From Longimicrobiales bacterium (GTDB taxonomy: Bacteria; Gemmatimonadota; Gemmatimonadetes; Longimicrobiales; Gaopeijiaceae), in assembly GCA_965218295.1 (NCBI GenBank), contig CBDCKN010000012.1, positions 178,871 to 242,870 of the forward strand: a stretch of DNA of 64,000 bases. The letters run 5' to 3'. Position 1 is the first letter of the stretch; each line of letters starts with the position of its first letter. The notes below the pieces were generated by a model, which saw nothing but the letters and a program-made list of their open reading frames with translations, was not told the origin of the DNA and made no database searches. The position numbers were made by a program, and so were the translations under genes. Below are positions 10,101 to 20,019 of the stretch, piece after piece.

Positions 10101-13100
10101 CTGTGTCACCGACCCGCCGGTCACGCTCCCGTCTTCCCCGGTCAGGGTGTAGACGAAAAGCAACGTCTCCGTCTCCGTGCCGCCCGAGTAGGGTGTCTTT
10201 CTTGTCCCCGCGCCCAGCATCAGGCCGATCGTCGGCGTTCCGCCCGAGACGTCCACCGTCACCGGCTCGCTGAACGTCACCGTCACCCGCACCGAGCTGC
10301 CCGACCCCGAGCTGCCCCTTGCCGCCACCGATCGCGTGCCGAATCCGTCCTGCCTCCCGTTCCCGGATTGCGTCGACATCAACACCCCCGTCACCACTGG
10401 CCCGGACACCGCCACCGGATTGCCCGCGGCGCCGACCTCGACCACGAGGGCGCCGAGCGCGTTCCCCTGCGAGTCGGCGAGCGCGGCGGCCTTTCCCGGA
10501 CCCACCGAGATGACCAGCTTTCCCGGCTGCGGCGCCGGCACCATCGCGCTATAGACCAGCCCCGTCTGCTCCTCCTCGAAGCCGCGCACCACTACGCCGG
10601 GACCGCCGACATAGCCCGCCGTCAGATCGCCGACCTCGAAGCCGCGCACCGCCTCCGAGAACGTCACCTTCACAGCAAACGCTCCGTCCACCGGCGGCCC
10701 CGCACCGAGCGTGATCGACACCTCCGGCGGGTGCCCCAGCGGGTCCGGCCTGCCCCTCGCCGACACCGACCAGGGACCCTCGCCCACCTCGTTGGCCGCC
10801 TTCACCCGCAGCGAGTACGTCGTTCCGTTGACCAGGCCGGTGAGGGCTGCGGCGTGGGTCGTCTCCTCCCGCTCCCGCACCGTCCCCGACTGCCGCCACT
10901 CGACCGTGTAGCTGTCCGCGCCCTCGACCGCGTCCCAGGTCACGTCCAGGCGCCCGTCGGCTGGCGTGACCACCAGATTGGCTGGCGCCGCCGCCGTCGC
11001 CGTCGGCGTGGCCGTCACGTCGGCCGACCAGGTGCTGTCCTTGCGCTTGATTCCCTCGTCCCACCAGGAGTTGCTCGCCCGCACCCGGAACCAGTGCACC
11101 GTCTCGTTGGCCAGTCGGTGGACGGTCGTGCTCAGCCGCCCCTCGCCGCAGTCCATCGTCTCGGAGGTCTCGAACACCGTCTTCTGACGGTCCTCGCTGT
11201 ACGCCTCCGTGTCCGTCCGCCACTGGACCGTGTACTCGGTCGCACCCACGACCTCGTCGAAGCACACCGCCACGCGCCCGTCCCAGGCCGTCACCTCCAT
11301 GTTCCCCGGCACCCCGAGCGGCGTCGGCGTGCCGGTGGCCGTCTCCGACCAGCCGCTCTCACCGCCCGCGTTGGCCGCCCGCACCCGCAGCGTGTAGGTC
11401 GTTCCGTTGACCAGCCCGGGCACCGTCGCGGTGTTCACCGTCACCGTCAGTTGCCGCTCGGGATCGAACTCCTCAGTCCCCGATTTCCACTGCACGGTGT
11501 ACTCCGCCGCGACCGGCACCGCGTCCCAGGTCACCGCCAGGTTGGTGTCGCCCGCCGTCACCTTCAGCTTCTCCGGGGTCTCGGGCGCCGGCACCTGCGG
11601 CGTTCCCGTTTCCGTGGCCGACCAGTCGCTCTCGCCACCGGCGTTGGCCGCCCGCACCCGCAGCGTATAAGTCGTGCCGTTCGCGAGATCGGGCACCGTC
11701 GCCGCGTTCGTCTCCGCCGTGATCTCGCGGGAGTCCGCAAACGCCCGCCCGCCCGACGTCCACTGCACCTTGTACCGCTCCGCTCCCTCGACCGCGTCCC
11801 AGGCCGCATCGAGGCGCCCGTCGCCGCGGGTCGCCACGACATTCGCCGGCGCCGCCAGGACCGGGGTCGCGGCCGTGACCGCCCCCGACCACTCGCTATC
11901 ACCCGCGGTGTTGCTGGCACTTACCCGCACCATGAAGGCCGCCCCGTTGGCGAGCGGGGACACCGTCGCACTGTTGGTCGTCACCGCAGTCTCGCGGGCG
12001 CTCGAGAACGACTCCTCTCCGGATTTCCACTGCACCGTGTAGCCGGTCGCCCCGGTGACCGCGTCCCAGGTCACACCGACGCGCGCGTACGCCCCCGTCG
12101 CCGACACGCTCTCCGGCGTCGCCGGACCCGACCCCGCGGTGGCGTTGGCGACGTTCGAGACCGCGCCCGTGCCCACCGCGTTGATCGCCGAGACCCGGTA
12201 GTGCCGCGTCGAGCCTGACGTAAGGCTGGTGTGGGAGTAGGCGGTGTCGGCCGATCCGGTGTTCGCGGTCCGGTCCGTCCACGTGTTGCCGTTGTCGGAC
12301 GACACTTCGATCTTGTAGCCGTCGATCGCGCGGCCTCCGGTGTCCCCCGGCGCGTCCCAGGACAGGTCGATCCGCGTGTCGCCCCTGGCCCGAGCCTTGA
12401 GGTTGGCCGGCGCGCCCGGCGCAGTGGGCGCCACCGTGGACTGATTCGTGACCGGCCGGTCGGTAAAGGACGCCACGTCGTTGAGGGCGTCATCCTGGAG
12501 TGCGGCCTGGTCGTCGCCCGGCGTGGGATCGCGGTAGCTCACCGTGACCGTCTGGCCTTGCCTGATCACCAAACCCAAGCCCCTCAGAAGGACGCTCGTA
12601 GACCCGCTGGTGACGGTGCCCACGGTCGTGGGCGTGCCGTCCGCCGTGACAGTGAAGGCGCTCGCGGGGGGGCCGAAACCGGATCCGGTTCTGACGGCTT
12701 CGGTGAATGTGAGGTTGACCTCCGAGCCGTCCTGGTTCGTGGCCGCGCTCTTGAGGGACGGCGGCTGGGTATCCGAGGAGATGGCGCCGGCGACGTTTGA
12801 CGGCAGGCCCGCAAAATTCCCCGCGTTGAGCGCCGAGACCCGGTAGTGCCGGACAGCGCCGTGCGCCAGGCCGGTGTGGACGTAGCTGGTGGCCCGGTTG
12901 TCGGTGAGCACCAGGGTGGTCCAGGTCGTGCCGCCATCGGTGGACGCTTCGATCTTGTAGCCGTGGATACCGGCCCCGGGGACATGGTCCGGCCAGACGA
13001 GTCCGGACAGGTCCGGCGCGTTCCAGGCGAGCCCGATCCGGGTATCGTCGATCCCCGTCGCCCTCAGGTTCGTCGGCGCCGGCAGCACCCGAGAACTGTT

Positions 13101-16100
13101 CTTGACCACCACGTCGGTGAAGGACGCCGCGTCGTTGCCGGCCACATCCTGGACGGCCGCCGGGTCGTCGCCGGGCGTGGGATCGCGGTAGCTGACCCTC
13201 ACGACCCGACCGCCCCCGATCGGCGATTCGAAGCCCGTCAGCCGGATCTGATCTTGCGCGGTTGTGACGCGGCCCTGCTGAACCGGGATGCCGTCTACCG
13301 TCACCGTAAAGGCGCTCCACGGGGGGCCGTCCACCACGCGTTCGTCGAACTGGAGCGTGATGACTGTGCCGTCGCTGAACACCGACGTATCCCGGTCCTC
13401 CGGGACAAGGACCGGGGGCACTCGGTCCGGGCCTGCGGCCGCCGTGTTCGACACGACGGACTCGACGGTGCTCGAGACCGCCCAGACCCGGTAGCGGTAC
13501 GGATGGAGCGGCTCGGGGAACGGGTCGTAATGGGAAAAGACGGTGTCGGTGGGATCATCCACCTCGTTGACCAGAGTGGTCCAGCGATCGGGGGCGCTGT
13601 TGTTGCCCTCGACCCGGTAACTCTCGGGCACGAAGTCCGCCGGCGCCTGCCACGACAGGTCGGTCTCGTTAAAGCTTCTCTTGGTCGCCCGCAGGTTCGT
13701 CGGCCCCTGCCAGAGGTCGGAGCTATTGGTTATGGCTTGATCCGTGAAGGACGCGGCGTCGTTGCCGGCATAATCCTGGATGGCCGCCTCATCGTCGCCG
13801 CCCGTGGGATCGCGGTAGCTGACCCTCACGGTTTGCCGGTACGTGATCACCCCGTCCAGGACTAGGCGGACGGACTGTGCGACTACCAGCGCCTCGGTCA
13901 CTGTGACCGTGCTGCCGTCGGCGGTCACGGTGAAGGCGCTCGCCGGGGGCGTGCGGCCGGCGCCGTCGTTGAGGACCTCGTTGAATGCCAGGATGAGCTC
14001 GACGCCGGAGCCGGTGACGGTGTTCAGCGAAGGACTGTCCAACACGGCCGGTGGGGTGGTATCCGCGGTGTCGAAGGTGGTGGCGCTGGCGACGTTGGAC
14101 GGCAACTTCGGAAAGCCCTGGTCGATCGCCGAGACCCGGTAGTGGCGCGTGTCGCCGAGCGTCAGGCCGGTGTGGGAGTAGGCGGTGTCGGTGGACTCGG
14201 TGTTGGCCACCCGGTCGGTCCAGGTCGTGCCGCCGTCGGCGGACACCTCGATCTGGTAGCCCTCGGGCGTGAATCCGCTTGGCGCCTCCCAGGCCAGATC
14301 GATCTGCGTCGCGCTGATGGCCGTCGCCGTCAGGTTCGTCGGTGGGCCAAGCAGCTGAGAGGTATTGCGGACCGGACGGTCGGTGAAGGACGCTGCATCG
14401 TTCCCGGCATAATCCTGAATGGCCGCCTGGTCGTCGCCGTCGGTCGGATCGCGGTAGCTGACCTTGACGGTCTGACCCGCCGTAATCTTGGGGTCCAGAC
14501 CCAACAGCCCCACAAGTATCCCCTCCACGAGCACCCTTTCCACCGTAATGGAGGCCCCGTCGGCCGTGACGGTGAAAGCACTCGCCGGCGGGGCACGGTC
14601 CGGGCTCTCGTCGAGCTGCTCTGAGGCACTGAGGAGAACCCGGGTGTAGTCGGTACTAGCACTCGCAATAGCCGGCGGCGTGCTGTCCGTGGGGTCTACA
14701 GCAGTTGCGCTGGCGACGTTGGACGCCAACTTCGGAAAGCCCTGGTCGATCGCCGAGACCCGGTAGTGGCGCGTGTCGCCGAGCGTCAGGCCGGTGTGGG
14801 AGTAGGCGGTGTCGGTGGACTCGGTGTTGGCCACCCGGTCGGTCCAGGTCGTGCCGCCGTCGGCGGACACCTCGATCTGGTAGCCCTCGGGCGTGAATCC
14901 GCTTGGCGCCTCCCAGGCCAGATCGATCTGCGTCGCGCTGATGGCCGTCGCCGTCAGGTTCGTCGGTGGGCCAAGCAACTGAGAGGTATTGCGGACCGGA
15001 CGGTCGGTGAAGGACGCTGCATCGTTCCCGGCATAATCCTGAATGGCCGCCTGGTCGTCGCCGTCGGTCGGATCGCGGTAGCTGACCTTGACGGTCTGAC
15101 CCGCCGTAATCTTGGGGTCCAGACCCAACAGCCCCACAAGTATCCCCTCCACGAGCACCCTTTCCACCGTAATGGAGGCCCCGTCGGCCGTGACGGTGAA
15201 AGCACTCGCCGGCGGGGCACGGTCCGGGCTCTCGTCGAGCTGCTCTGAGGCACTGAGGAGAACCCGGGTGTAGTCGGTACTAGCACTCGCAATAGCCGGC
15301 GGCGTGCTGTCCGTGGGGTCTACAGCAGTTGCGCTGGCGACGTTGGACGCCAACTTCGGAAAGCCCTGGTCGATCGCCGAGACCCGGTAGTGGCGCGTGT
15401 CGCCGAGCGTCAGGCCGGTGTGGGAGTAGGCGGTGTCGGTGGACTCGGTGTTGGCCACCCGGTCGGTCCAGGTCGTGCCGCCGTCGGCGGACACCTCGAT
15501 CTGGTAGCCCTCGGGCGTGAATCCGCTTGGCGCCTCCCAGGCCAGATCGATCTGCGTCGCGCTGATGGCCGTCGCCGTCAGGTTCGTCGGTGGGCCAAGC
15601 AGCTGAGAGGTATTGCGGACCGGACGGTCGGTGAAGGACGCTGCATCGTTCCCGGCATAATCCTGAATGGCCGCCTGGTCGTCGCCGTCGGTCGGATCGC
15701 GGTAGCTGACCTTGACGGTCTGACCCGCCGTAATCTTGGGGTCCAGACCCAACAGCCCCACAAGTATCCCCTCCACGAGCACCCTTTCCACCGTAATGGA
15801 GGCCCCGTCGGCCGTGACGGTGAAAGCACTCGCCGGCGGGGCACGGTCCGGGCTCTCGTCGAGCTGCTCTGAGGCACTGAGGAGAACCCGGGTGTAGTCG
15901 GTACTAGCACTCGCAATAGCCGGCGGCGTGCTGTCCGTGGGGTCTACCGCGGTTGCGCTGGCGACGTTCGACGGCACGGCCGGATAGCCCTGGTAGATCG
16001 CCGAGACCCGGTAGTGGCGCGTGTCGCGGAGCGTCAGGCCGGTGTGGGAGTAGGCGGTGGCGGTGGACTCGGTGTCGGCCACCCGATCGGTCCAGGTCGT

Positions 16101-17147
16101 GCCGCCGTCGGCGGACACCTCGATCCGGTAGCCCTCGGGCGTGAACCCGGCCGGCGCCTCCCACGACAGGTCGATCTGCGTCGCGCTGACCACCGTCGCC
16201 GTCAGGTTCGTCGGCGCGCCCAATACAACGGACTTGTTCCTGCCGCTCGAGATCGTGTGATCGGCAAAGGACGCCGCGTCGTTGCCGGCGTAATCCTGAA
16301 TAGCCGCCGCGTCGTCGCCCGGCGTGGGGTCGCGATAGCTCACAGTGACGGATTGATCCTTGGTGATCACCCCGTCCAGGGCCAGCCGGACGACAGTCCC
16401 TTCCACGTGCACGCCGTCCACCGCAATGGCCACACCGTCGGCAGTGACGGTGAAAGCGCTTGCAGGGGGCACGCGGCCCGCTCCCCTGTCCAGGCTCTCG
16501 TCGAATTGGAGAAGCACGTCCGTGCCGTTGACCGGTACACTGGTATCCCCAGCGTTCCCCGAGAACTGCGGCGCCATCATGTCCGTGGTGGTTGCGCTCG
16601 CGACGTTCGACGTCGCGCCAGCACCCACGGAGTTGATCGCCGAGACCCGGTAGTACCGCGTTCGGCCGTCCATCAGTCCGGTGTGCGCGTAGTCCGTGCC
16701 GGCGGATTCGGTGTCGTCTTTTAGAACCGCCCAGTGCATGCCGCCAGCGACCCACACCTCGATCCGGTAGCCGATGATCGCATCGCCGCCGTTATCCGCG
16801 GGCGCGGTCCATGCCAGATTGATCGTCGTCTCGCCTACCGCGGTTGCGGTTAAGTCAGTCGGCGCACCGGGTACGGCGGCCTGCTGCGCCTGAACCGGGA
16901 CGGTGAACAGTATCCCGAGCAGCAACGAGACCGTTGCCGCCGCGTGGCGAGCGAGCGTGGCTAAGGAACGAGCAAAGCTTCTTCGGGAGGAGTCGCGGTC
17001 CCGACCGCTGTCGGGCCGACGGTCCGTGTCGCGGGAGCGTTCTTGCGGGTGGGAAGTGCCGGCGTGCGACCGCCCGGCGGGCGAGGGCGGAAAGGATTGC
17101 GAGTCAGACCGGGAGGAGGCGCCCCTGCGAATGCCAGGCGCGGCCAC
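7185..17147 (-). CDS. Giant surface adhesin/autotransporter (FN3 and SwmB-like repeats, Calx-beta, C-terminal beta-barrel)
   Basis: Signal-like LLLGILFTVPVQA; many FN3 units (PTNLTATA..IDLAW..GY.IE..YRVSA); SwmB-like PPASAFTVTADG..VSYRDPT; Calx-beta VTVDYATSDGTAQAGVDY; terminal W; start uncertain. Confidence 0.88.
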   Translation of the reverse strand: MAAPGIRRGASSRSDSQSFPPSPAGRSHAGTSHPQERSRDTDRRPDSGRDRDSSRRSFARSLATLARHAAATVSLLLGILFTVPVQAQQAAVPGAPTDLTATAVGETTINLAWTAPADNGGDAIIGYRIEVWVAGGMHWAVLKDDTESAGTDYAHTGLMDGRTRYYRVSAINSVGAGATSNVASATTTDMMAPQFSGNAGDTSVPVNGTDVLLQFDESLDRGAGRVPPASAFTVTADGVAIAVDGVHVEGTVVRLALDGVITKDQSVTVSYRDPTPGDDAAAIQDYAGNDAASFADHTISSGRNKSVVLGAPTNLTATVVSATQIDLSWEAPAGFTPEGYRIEVSADGGTTWTDRVADTESTATAYSHTGLTLRDTRHYRVSAIYQGYPAVPSNVASATAVDPTDSTPPAIASASTDYTRVLLSASEQLDESPDRAPPASAFTVTADGASITVERVLVEGILVGLLGLDPKITAGQTVKVSYRDPTDGDDQAAIQDYAGNDAASFTDRPVRNTSQLLGPPTNLTATAISATQIDLAWEAPSGFTPEGYQIEVSADGGTTWTDRVANTESTDTAYSHTGLTLGDTRHYRVSAIDQGFPKLASNVASATAVDPTDSTPPAIASASTDYTRVLLSASEQLDESPDRAPPASAFTVTADGASITVERVLVEGILVGLLGLDPKITAGQTVKVSYRDPTDGDDQAAIQDYAGNDAASFTDRPVRNTSQLLGPPTNLTATAISATQIDLAWEAPSGFTPEGYQIEVSADGGTTWTDRVANTESTDTAYSHTGLTLGDTRHYRVSAIDQGFPKLASNVASATAVDPTDSTPPAIASASTDYTRVLLSASEQLDESPDRAPPASAFTVTADGASITVERVLVEGILVGLLGLDPKITAGQTVKVSYRDPTDGDDQAAIQDYAGNDAASFTDRPVRNTSQLLGPPTNLTATAISATQIDLAWEAPSGFTPEGYQIEVSADGGTTWTDRVANTESTDTAYSHTGLTLGDTRHYRVSAIDQGFPKLPSNVASATTFDTADTTPPAVLDSPSLNTVTGSGVELILAFNEVLNDGAGRTPPASAFTVTADGSTVTVTEALVVAQSVRLVLDGVITYRQTVRVSYRDPTGGDDEAAIQDYAGNDAASFTDQAITNSSDLWQGPTNLRATKRSFNETDLSWQAPADFVPESYRVEGNNSAPDRWTTLVNEVDDPTDTVFSHYDPFPEPLHPYRYRVWAVSSTVESVVSNTAAAGPDRVPPVLVPEDRDTSVFSDGTVITLQFDERVVDGPPWSAFTVTVDGIPVQQGRVTTAQDQIRLTGFESPIGGGRVVRVSYRDPTPGDDPAAVQDVAGNDAASFTDVVVKNSSRVLPAPTNLRATGIDDTRIGLAWNAPDLSGLVWPDHVPGAGIHGYKIEASTDGGTTWTTLVLTDNRATSYVHTGLAHGAVRHYRVSALNAGNFAGLPSNVAGAISSDTQPPSLKSAATNQDGSEVNLTFTEAVRTGSGFGPPASAFTVTADGTPTTVGTVTSGSTSVLLRGLGLVIRQGQTVTVSYRDPTPGDDQAALQDDALNDVASFTDRPVTNQSTVAPTAPGAPANLKARARGDTRIDLSWDAPGDTGGRAIDGYKIEVSSDNGNTWTDRTANTGSADTAYSHTSLTSGSTRHYRVSAINAVGTGAVSNVANATAGSGPATPESVSATGAYARVGVTWDAVTGATGYTVQWKSGEESFSSARETAVTTNSATVSPLANGAAFMVRVSASNTAGDSEWSGAVTAATPVLAAPANVVATRGDGRLDAAWDAVEGAERYKVQWTSGGRAFADSREITAETNAATVPDLANGTTYTLRVRAANAGGESDWSATETGTPQVPAPETPEKLKVTAGDTNLAVTWDAVPVAAEYTVQWKSGTEEFDPERQLTVTVNTATVPGLVNGTTYTLRVRAANAGGESGWSETATGTPTPLGVPGNMEVTAWDGRVAVCFDEVVGATEYTVQWRTDTEAYSEDRQKTVFETSETMDCGEGRLSTTVHRLANETVHWFRVRASNSWWDEGIKRKDSTWSADVTATPTATAAAPANLVVTPADGRLDVTWDAVEGADSYTVEWRQSGTVREREETTHAAALTGLVNGTTYSLRVKAANEVGEGPWSVSARGRPDPLGHPPEVSITLGAGPPVDGAFAVKVTFSEAVRGFEVGDLTAGYVGGPGVVVRGFEEEQTGLVYSAMVPAPQPGKLVISVGPGKAAALADSQGNALGALVVEVGAAGNPVAVSGPVVTGVLMSTQSGNGRQDGFGTRSVAARGSSGSGSSVRVTVTFSEPVTVDVSGGTPTIGLMLGAGTRKTPYSGGTETETLLFVYTLTGEDGSVTGGSVTQNSLTLNGGTIRSWSGEDADLGHPSAALGDAGGGELPALTARFEAAPEAHDGAGTFTVRLVFSEPVAISYQTLRDESLSAAGGSVEAARRVEGRSDLWEITLKPASDEPVTLTLAAGRACDAAGAVCTADGRRLSNEAVLTVPGPAGGGPELTAQFENVPEAHDGQSAFSFQVAFSEDIGISNQTLRDESFTVTGGTITRARRVDGRHDLWEITLKPDSREAVTITLPGGRACGTAGAVCTRADSPRPLGNSPSSTVAGPPAESLTASFSDMPGEHTGDDFAFGLTFSEELDKDFSYRTLRDEAFAVTGGTVRGAKRREQGSNLGWTITVEPDSDGAVTLRLPETTDCGASGAVCTGDGRPLSTSLSATVAGLVGISVADARVEEGAGAVLAFAVTLERAAGGAVTVDYATSDGTAQAGVDYTATSGTLTFDAGDTEKTVEVPVLDDSHDEGEETLTLRLSNASGGRLADAEATGTIENTDPLPRALLARFGRATALHVMEQVEERLDASRAPGLRGRFAGRELRRGMEREMGRNFLSRLESAAVQGARDTTGVQPELGGAELLRMGLGGGDLLMGSGFVLNREMDQGASVSLWSRGMESRFSGRDGELSLDGGVRTTMFGADYAKGPLMAGLMLSHRRGLGGYQGADVGEVASSVTGLHPWVGYKLTERVTLWGVTGYGRGSLSLTPGEALSVPTSVASPIALNGGLSMSMLAGGVRGDLVDAGLGGFGLAFKADALWVGTGSEAVDGPAGRLAATEAVVTRVRTALEASRGYVVGHGIALRLSLEVGLRTDGGDAETGRGADVAASLIASDPLTGLSVDVRVRTLLVHEDEGFRERGVSVSLSYDPTPSTPLGFTARVAPSWGGQAMSGADALWGRDTMAGLGAGGPGSGNRLDGELGYALPVGSRLVGTPRFGVTTSEYGRDYRLGYKLTLLQAGAMNFEFGLDAQRRQSLLGQGDPEHSLHGRVTARW
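14083..15954. repeat. Three near-identical 624-bp tandem units (FN3 plus SwmB-like module)
   Basis: Identical shadow ORFs at 14142, 14766 and 15390 (period 624); single-base differences only. Confidence 0.95.
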
Positions 17148-17158
17148 AGCCGCACCCT

Positions 17159-17452
17159 GGCTCCTGGCTCCCGGCTCCCGGCTCCCGGCTCCCGGCTCCC
17201 GGCTCCCGGCTCCCGGCTCCCGGCTCCCGGCTCCCGGCTCCCGGCTCCCGGCTCCCGGCTCCCGGCTCCCGGCTCCCGGCTCCCGGCTCCCGGCTCCCGG
17301 CTCCCGGCTCCCGGCTCCCGGCTCCCGGCTCCCGGCTCCCGGCTCCCGGCTCCCGGCTCCCGGCTCCCGGCTCCCGGCTCCCGGCTCCCGGCTCCCGGCT
17401 CCCGGCTCCCGGCTCCCGGCTCCCGGCTCCCGGCTCCCGGCTCCCGGCTCCT
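17159..17452. repeat. Heptamer microsatellite (GGCTCCC)40 flanked by GGCTCCT units
   Basis: Read directly: perfect units 17166-17445. Confidence 0.97.
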
Positions 17453-17457
17453 AATGT

Positions 17458-17485
17458 GGAATAGTACCGAGCCGGCCGTTGTCAA
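17458..17485 (-). promoter_or_regulatory. Possible promoter of the adhesin gene
   Basis: Minus-strand TTGACA (17485-17480), 16 bp, then weak TATTCC, immediately before the heptamer array. Confidence 0.35.
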
Positions 17486-17755
17486 GGGCCTTCTATTGAG
17501 AGAGTCGGGCATGGATGCGGTTTCCTTCACCATGACAGTCGCTCGCCGGTCCACCGAGTTCACTCGCGAACCCTTCGAGAATGATTCATTCCGTCCATCC
17601 CATGTTACGTGCTCTTCTAGTGATGGTACAGAAGAGGTGAGTTGCTTTGCTGTGAAGCTACGACAGGCGGGCAAGATCCGGGACCGCGCGGGCCGAGCGG
17701 GTGTCGAATGGGAGTGGAGTTGCCGAGAGCCGAAGAACCAGGCAGCCGCTTGCCT

Positions 17756-18070
17756 TCAGTCCCAGTGGCCCTCGGCGTCGCTCTTGAGTGCGCGGGCGAG
17801 TTCGGGATCGCCCTCGCCGCGCCGGACGGAGCGCTCGGCGAGATCGACGCGGCGTCCCAGATCGGCGAGCCCGGCGGCTCGGGCGACGGCGTAGAGGGCG
17901 GCCAAGACGGCGGCCAGCGCCAATGCCAGGTGCAAGGCAATTGGAACGCCGTGGTCCGCCAGGATCAGTGGCCAGAACGGCGCGAGATACTCGAGGCGCG
18001 ACCCGGCGAGGAGGACGCCCGAGCCGACAAGTGCGGCGCTGAGGCCGGCGCTGATACGCCAGGGTTGCAT
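17756..18070 (-). CDS. Small membrane protein
   Basis: Two hydrophobic segments; last gene of the virB11-ardC run. Confidence 0.65.
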   Translation of the reverse strand: MQPWRISAGLSAALVGSGVLLAGSRLEYLAPFWPLILADHGVPIALHLALALAAVLAALYAVARAAGLADLGRRVDLAERSVRRGEGDPELARALKSDAEGHWD

Positions 18071-18079
18071 GGGGGTGTG

Positions 18080-18967
18080 CTAGAGCTCGAGCGCGGCCGG
18101 GTCCCGCTCGGCCGGACCCCGTAGGGAGGAGCCATGATCCTCGCAGCCGAGCGCCCTAAGCACCCGCGCTCCGGCCGCCCCGTTGGCGTGCATCCGGAAC
18201 CCGGCCGCTGCCTTGGCCCGGACAGATCCCTGGCGGTAGTGGCCCGATGCGACCTCGATGTTGACGCGTCCGGTGCGCCCCTCGGCGTCGGTGTACTCGA
18301 TCTGCGCATCGGGGTAGAGCACGCGTCCCTGCTCGTCGATGGGGAGCTCCAGCTCCCGGGCAGCGCGGTGCCGCTCGGCGTCGGCGGCCCGGCGACCGTC
18401 TCTCGCCCGCGCGGACTCGCTCCGGCACGCGACAGCGCTCTTGAGCTCGCCGTCGAGCCGTACGCGCCGGATGGCGGCGCCCCGCTCGAGCAAGCGTTGG
18501 CGTTCGCGGCCGCAGGCCCGGTAGATGGCCGTGTCGTGCGCGAGCTGGGCGTGTTGGAGGAGGCGAGCGGCGGACCTTATGTGCTGTCCGGGGTCCAGGC
18601 CGTGCCCGGCGTCCAGGTCGCGGATGGCGGCCGCTCCCTTGCGCGTGAGCGTCAGGACCTTGAACGGCCTTCCCTTTGGTCCCTTGGCCGTGGACTCCTT
18701 GGCGAGCCCCTCGCGGGTCCAGGCGTTCACGGCCCGCCGCGTGGTGTAGGGATGGCCGCCGAAGTGAGCCTCGGCGAGATCGCGGTACGAGACGGCGCCG
18801 TAGATGCCGATGTCGGCGAGCGCCCCACGGCACCGTTCTCTGAAGGAGGTGGACCCGCGGTCCCGGCTCGCGTCGTATTCTCGGCGATGGCCGTCCCGCA
18901 TGCGGTAGATAGCGCGGCTTTGTGGCGCGGCGGGACGCGGGTCCGATCCGATCGTGCGGTCGAACAT
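18080..18967 (-). CDS. Replication-relaxation (Replic_Relax)-like protein, wHTH plus PD-(D/E)xK
   Basis: LTLTRKG wHTH end; LAHD; PDAQIEY...NIEV nuclease-like motif; GGAG RBS; T4SS context. Confidence 0.6.
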   Translation of the reverse strand: MFDRTIGSDPRPAAPQSRAIYRMRDGHRREYDASRDRGSTSFRERCRGALADIGIYGAVSYRDLAEAHFGGHPYTTRRAVNAWTREGLAKESTAKGPKGRPFKVLTLTRKGAAAIRDLDAGHGLDPGQHIRSAARLLQHAQLAHDTAIYRACGRERQRLLERGAAIRRVRLDGELKSAVACRSESARARDGRRAADAERHRAARELELPIDEQGRVLYPDAQIEYTDAEGRTGRVNIEVASGHYRQGSVRAKAAAGFRMHANGAAGARVLRALGCEDHGSSLRGPAERDPAALEL

Positions 18968-18990
18968 CTCCTAGGGCTCCGTCCTTGGCC

Positions 18991-20019
18991 TCAGCGGCTC
19001 GGGCCGGAGCTCCGGGTCGGGACCGGCAGTGGGAGCTCCGGCCTTGCGGTGTGCTGCGGGGCGGGAGCGCGGGTGGCTGCCACCGGTGCCGGCTCGCGCT
19101 CGGCCTGGCGCTCGCGGCTTCGGGTGAGCACGAAGTCGGAGATCTTCTGCGCGTCGGCCGCGGCGCGGCGGATCTCGCGCGGATCTTCTTCGAGCGCCTG
19201 GATCCAGCCCTCGACGTAGGCGGCCCCCCGGCTCGGGTCGTGGCCGACGCCCACGCGCTCGCCCGTCATCATTGCGCTGATCTCCGCCCGTAGCTCCTCC
19301 TTCGCATAGGCCGGTGAGCCGAACCCTTCGCCGATCCCTTCGATCAGCGTTGGGCGGTTCATCCGTTCCGGATGGCCGGTGCTGTGCCCCAGCTCGTGCA
19401 GGGCGGTCTGGTAGTAGTGGTTGGCCGAAGGGAACTGCACCCGCTCGGGGAGCACGATCTCGTCGCGGTTCAGGTTGTAGAACGCCCGGTCTCCCGCCAC
19501 GTGGCGGACGGGGACTCCGCTGTCTTCCAGCACCCTCTCGGCCTGCTGGTGCACCTTCCAGAGCGGCTCGGCAGTGGGCGTCGGCCGAGCCGGCAGCCCG
19601 TCCGCCTGTTCAGCGTTGAAGACGGTGTACTGCCGGACGACGGGCGTGGGCATCCGCTCGTGGCGGTAGACGCGATTGCCTTCGTTGTCCCTGACGGGCC
19701 GGCCGCGCTCGTCGTTGACGGCGATCTTCCGGTGGTCCTGGAACGAGAGGATGCGGGTGCCCTGCTCGCCTTTCCGCACCTGTCCGTCCCGGGCTTGGAT
19801 CTGGAGGTAGGTTCCCCAGCGGACGTCGCCGTAGCCGCGCTCCTGCTGGACGGCGGCAAGGTGCACGCTGTTTCCTCCCGCGTAGGAGCGTCCCGTATCG
19901 ACGTTCGCGGGGAGCACACGCTCGCCCGGTCCCCAGGGCTTCTGCCACGGTGCCGTGCCCTGGCGGATCTGCTCGATGATCGCATCGGCGAACTGGCGGT
20001 GATATTCGTCGTGTTTCAT
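18991..20019 (-). CDS. ardC: ArdC-family antirestriction/ssDNA-binding zincin-like protein
   Basis: PWQKPW; YAGGN; GQVRKGEQG; YTVFNAEQ; HELGH; YAKEELRAE. Confidence 0.9.
   Translation of the reverse strand: MKHDEYHRQFADAIIEQIRQGTAPWQKPWGPGERVLPANVDTGRSYAGGNSVHLAAVQQERGYGDVRWGTYLQIQARDGQVRKGEQGTRILSFQDHRKIAVNDERGRPVRDNEGNRVYRHERMPTPVVRQYTVFNAEQADGLPARPTPTAEPLWKVHQQAERVLEDSGVPVRHVAGDRAFYNLNRDEIVLPERVQFPSANHYYQTALHELGHSTGHPERMNRPTLIEGIGEGFGSPAYAKEELRAEISAMMTGERVGVGHDPSRGAAYVEGWIQALEEDPREIRRAAADAQKISDFVLTRSRERQAEREPAPVAATRAPAPQHTARPELPLPVPTRSSGPSR

Noticed and set aside
16903..17894. ORFs with PAPGSRL repeats on the plus strand
   Set aside because: By-products of the stop-free heptamer array
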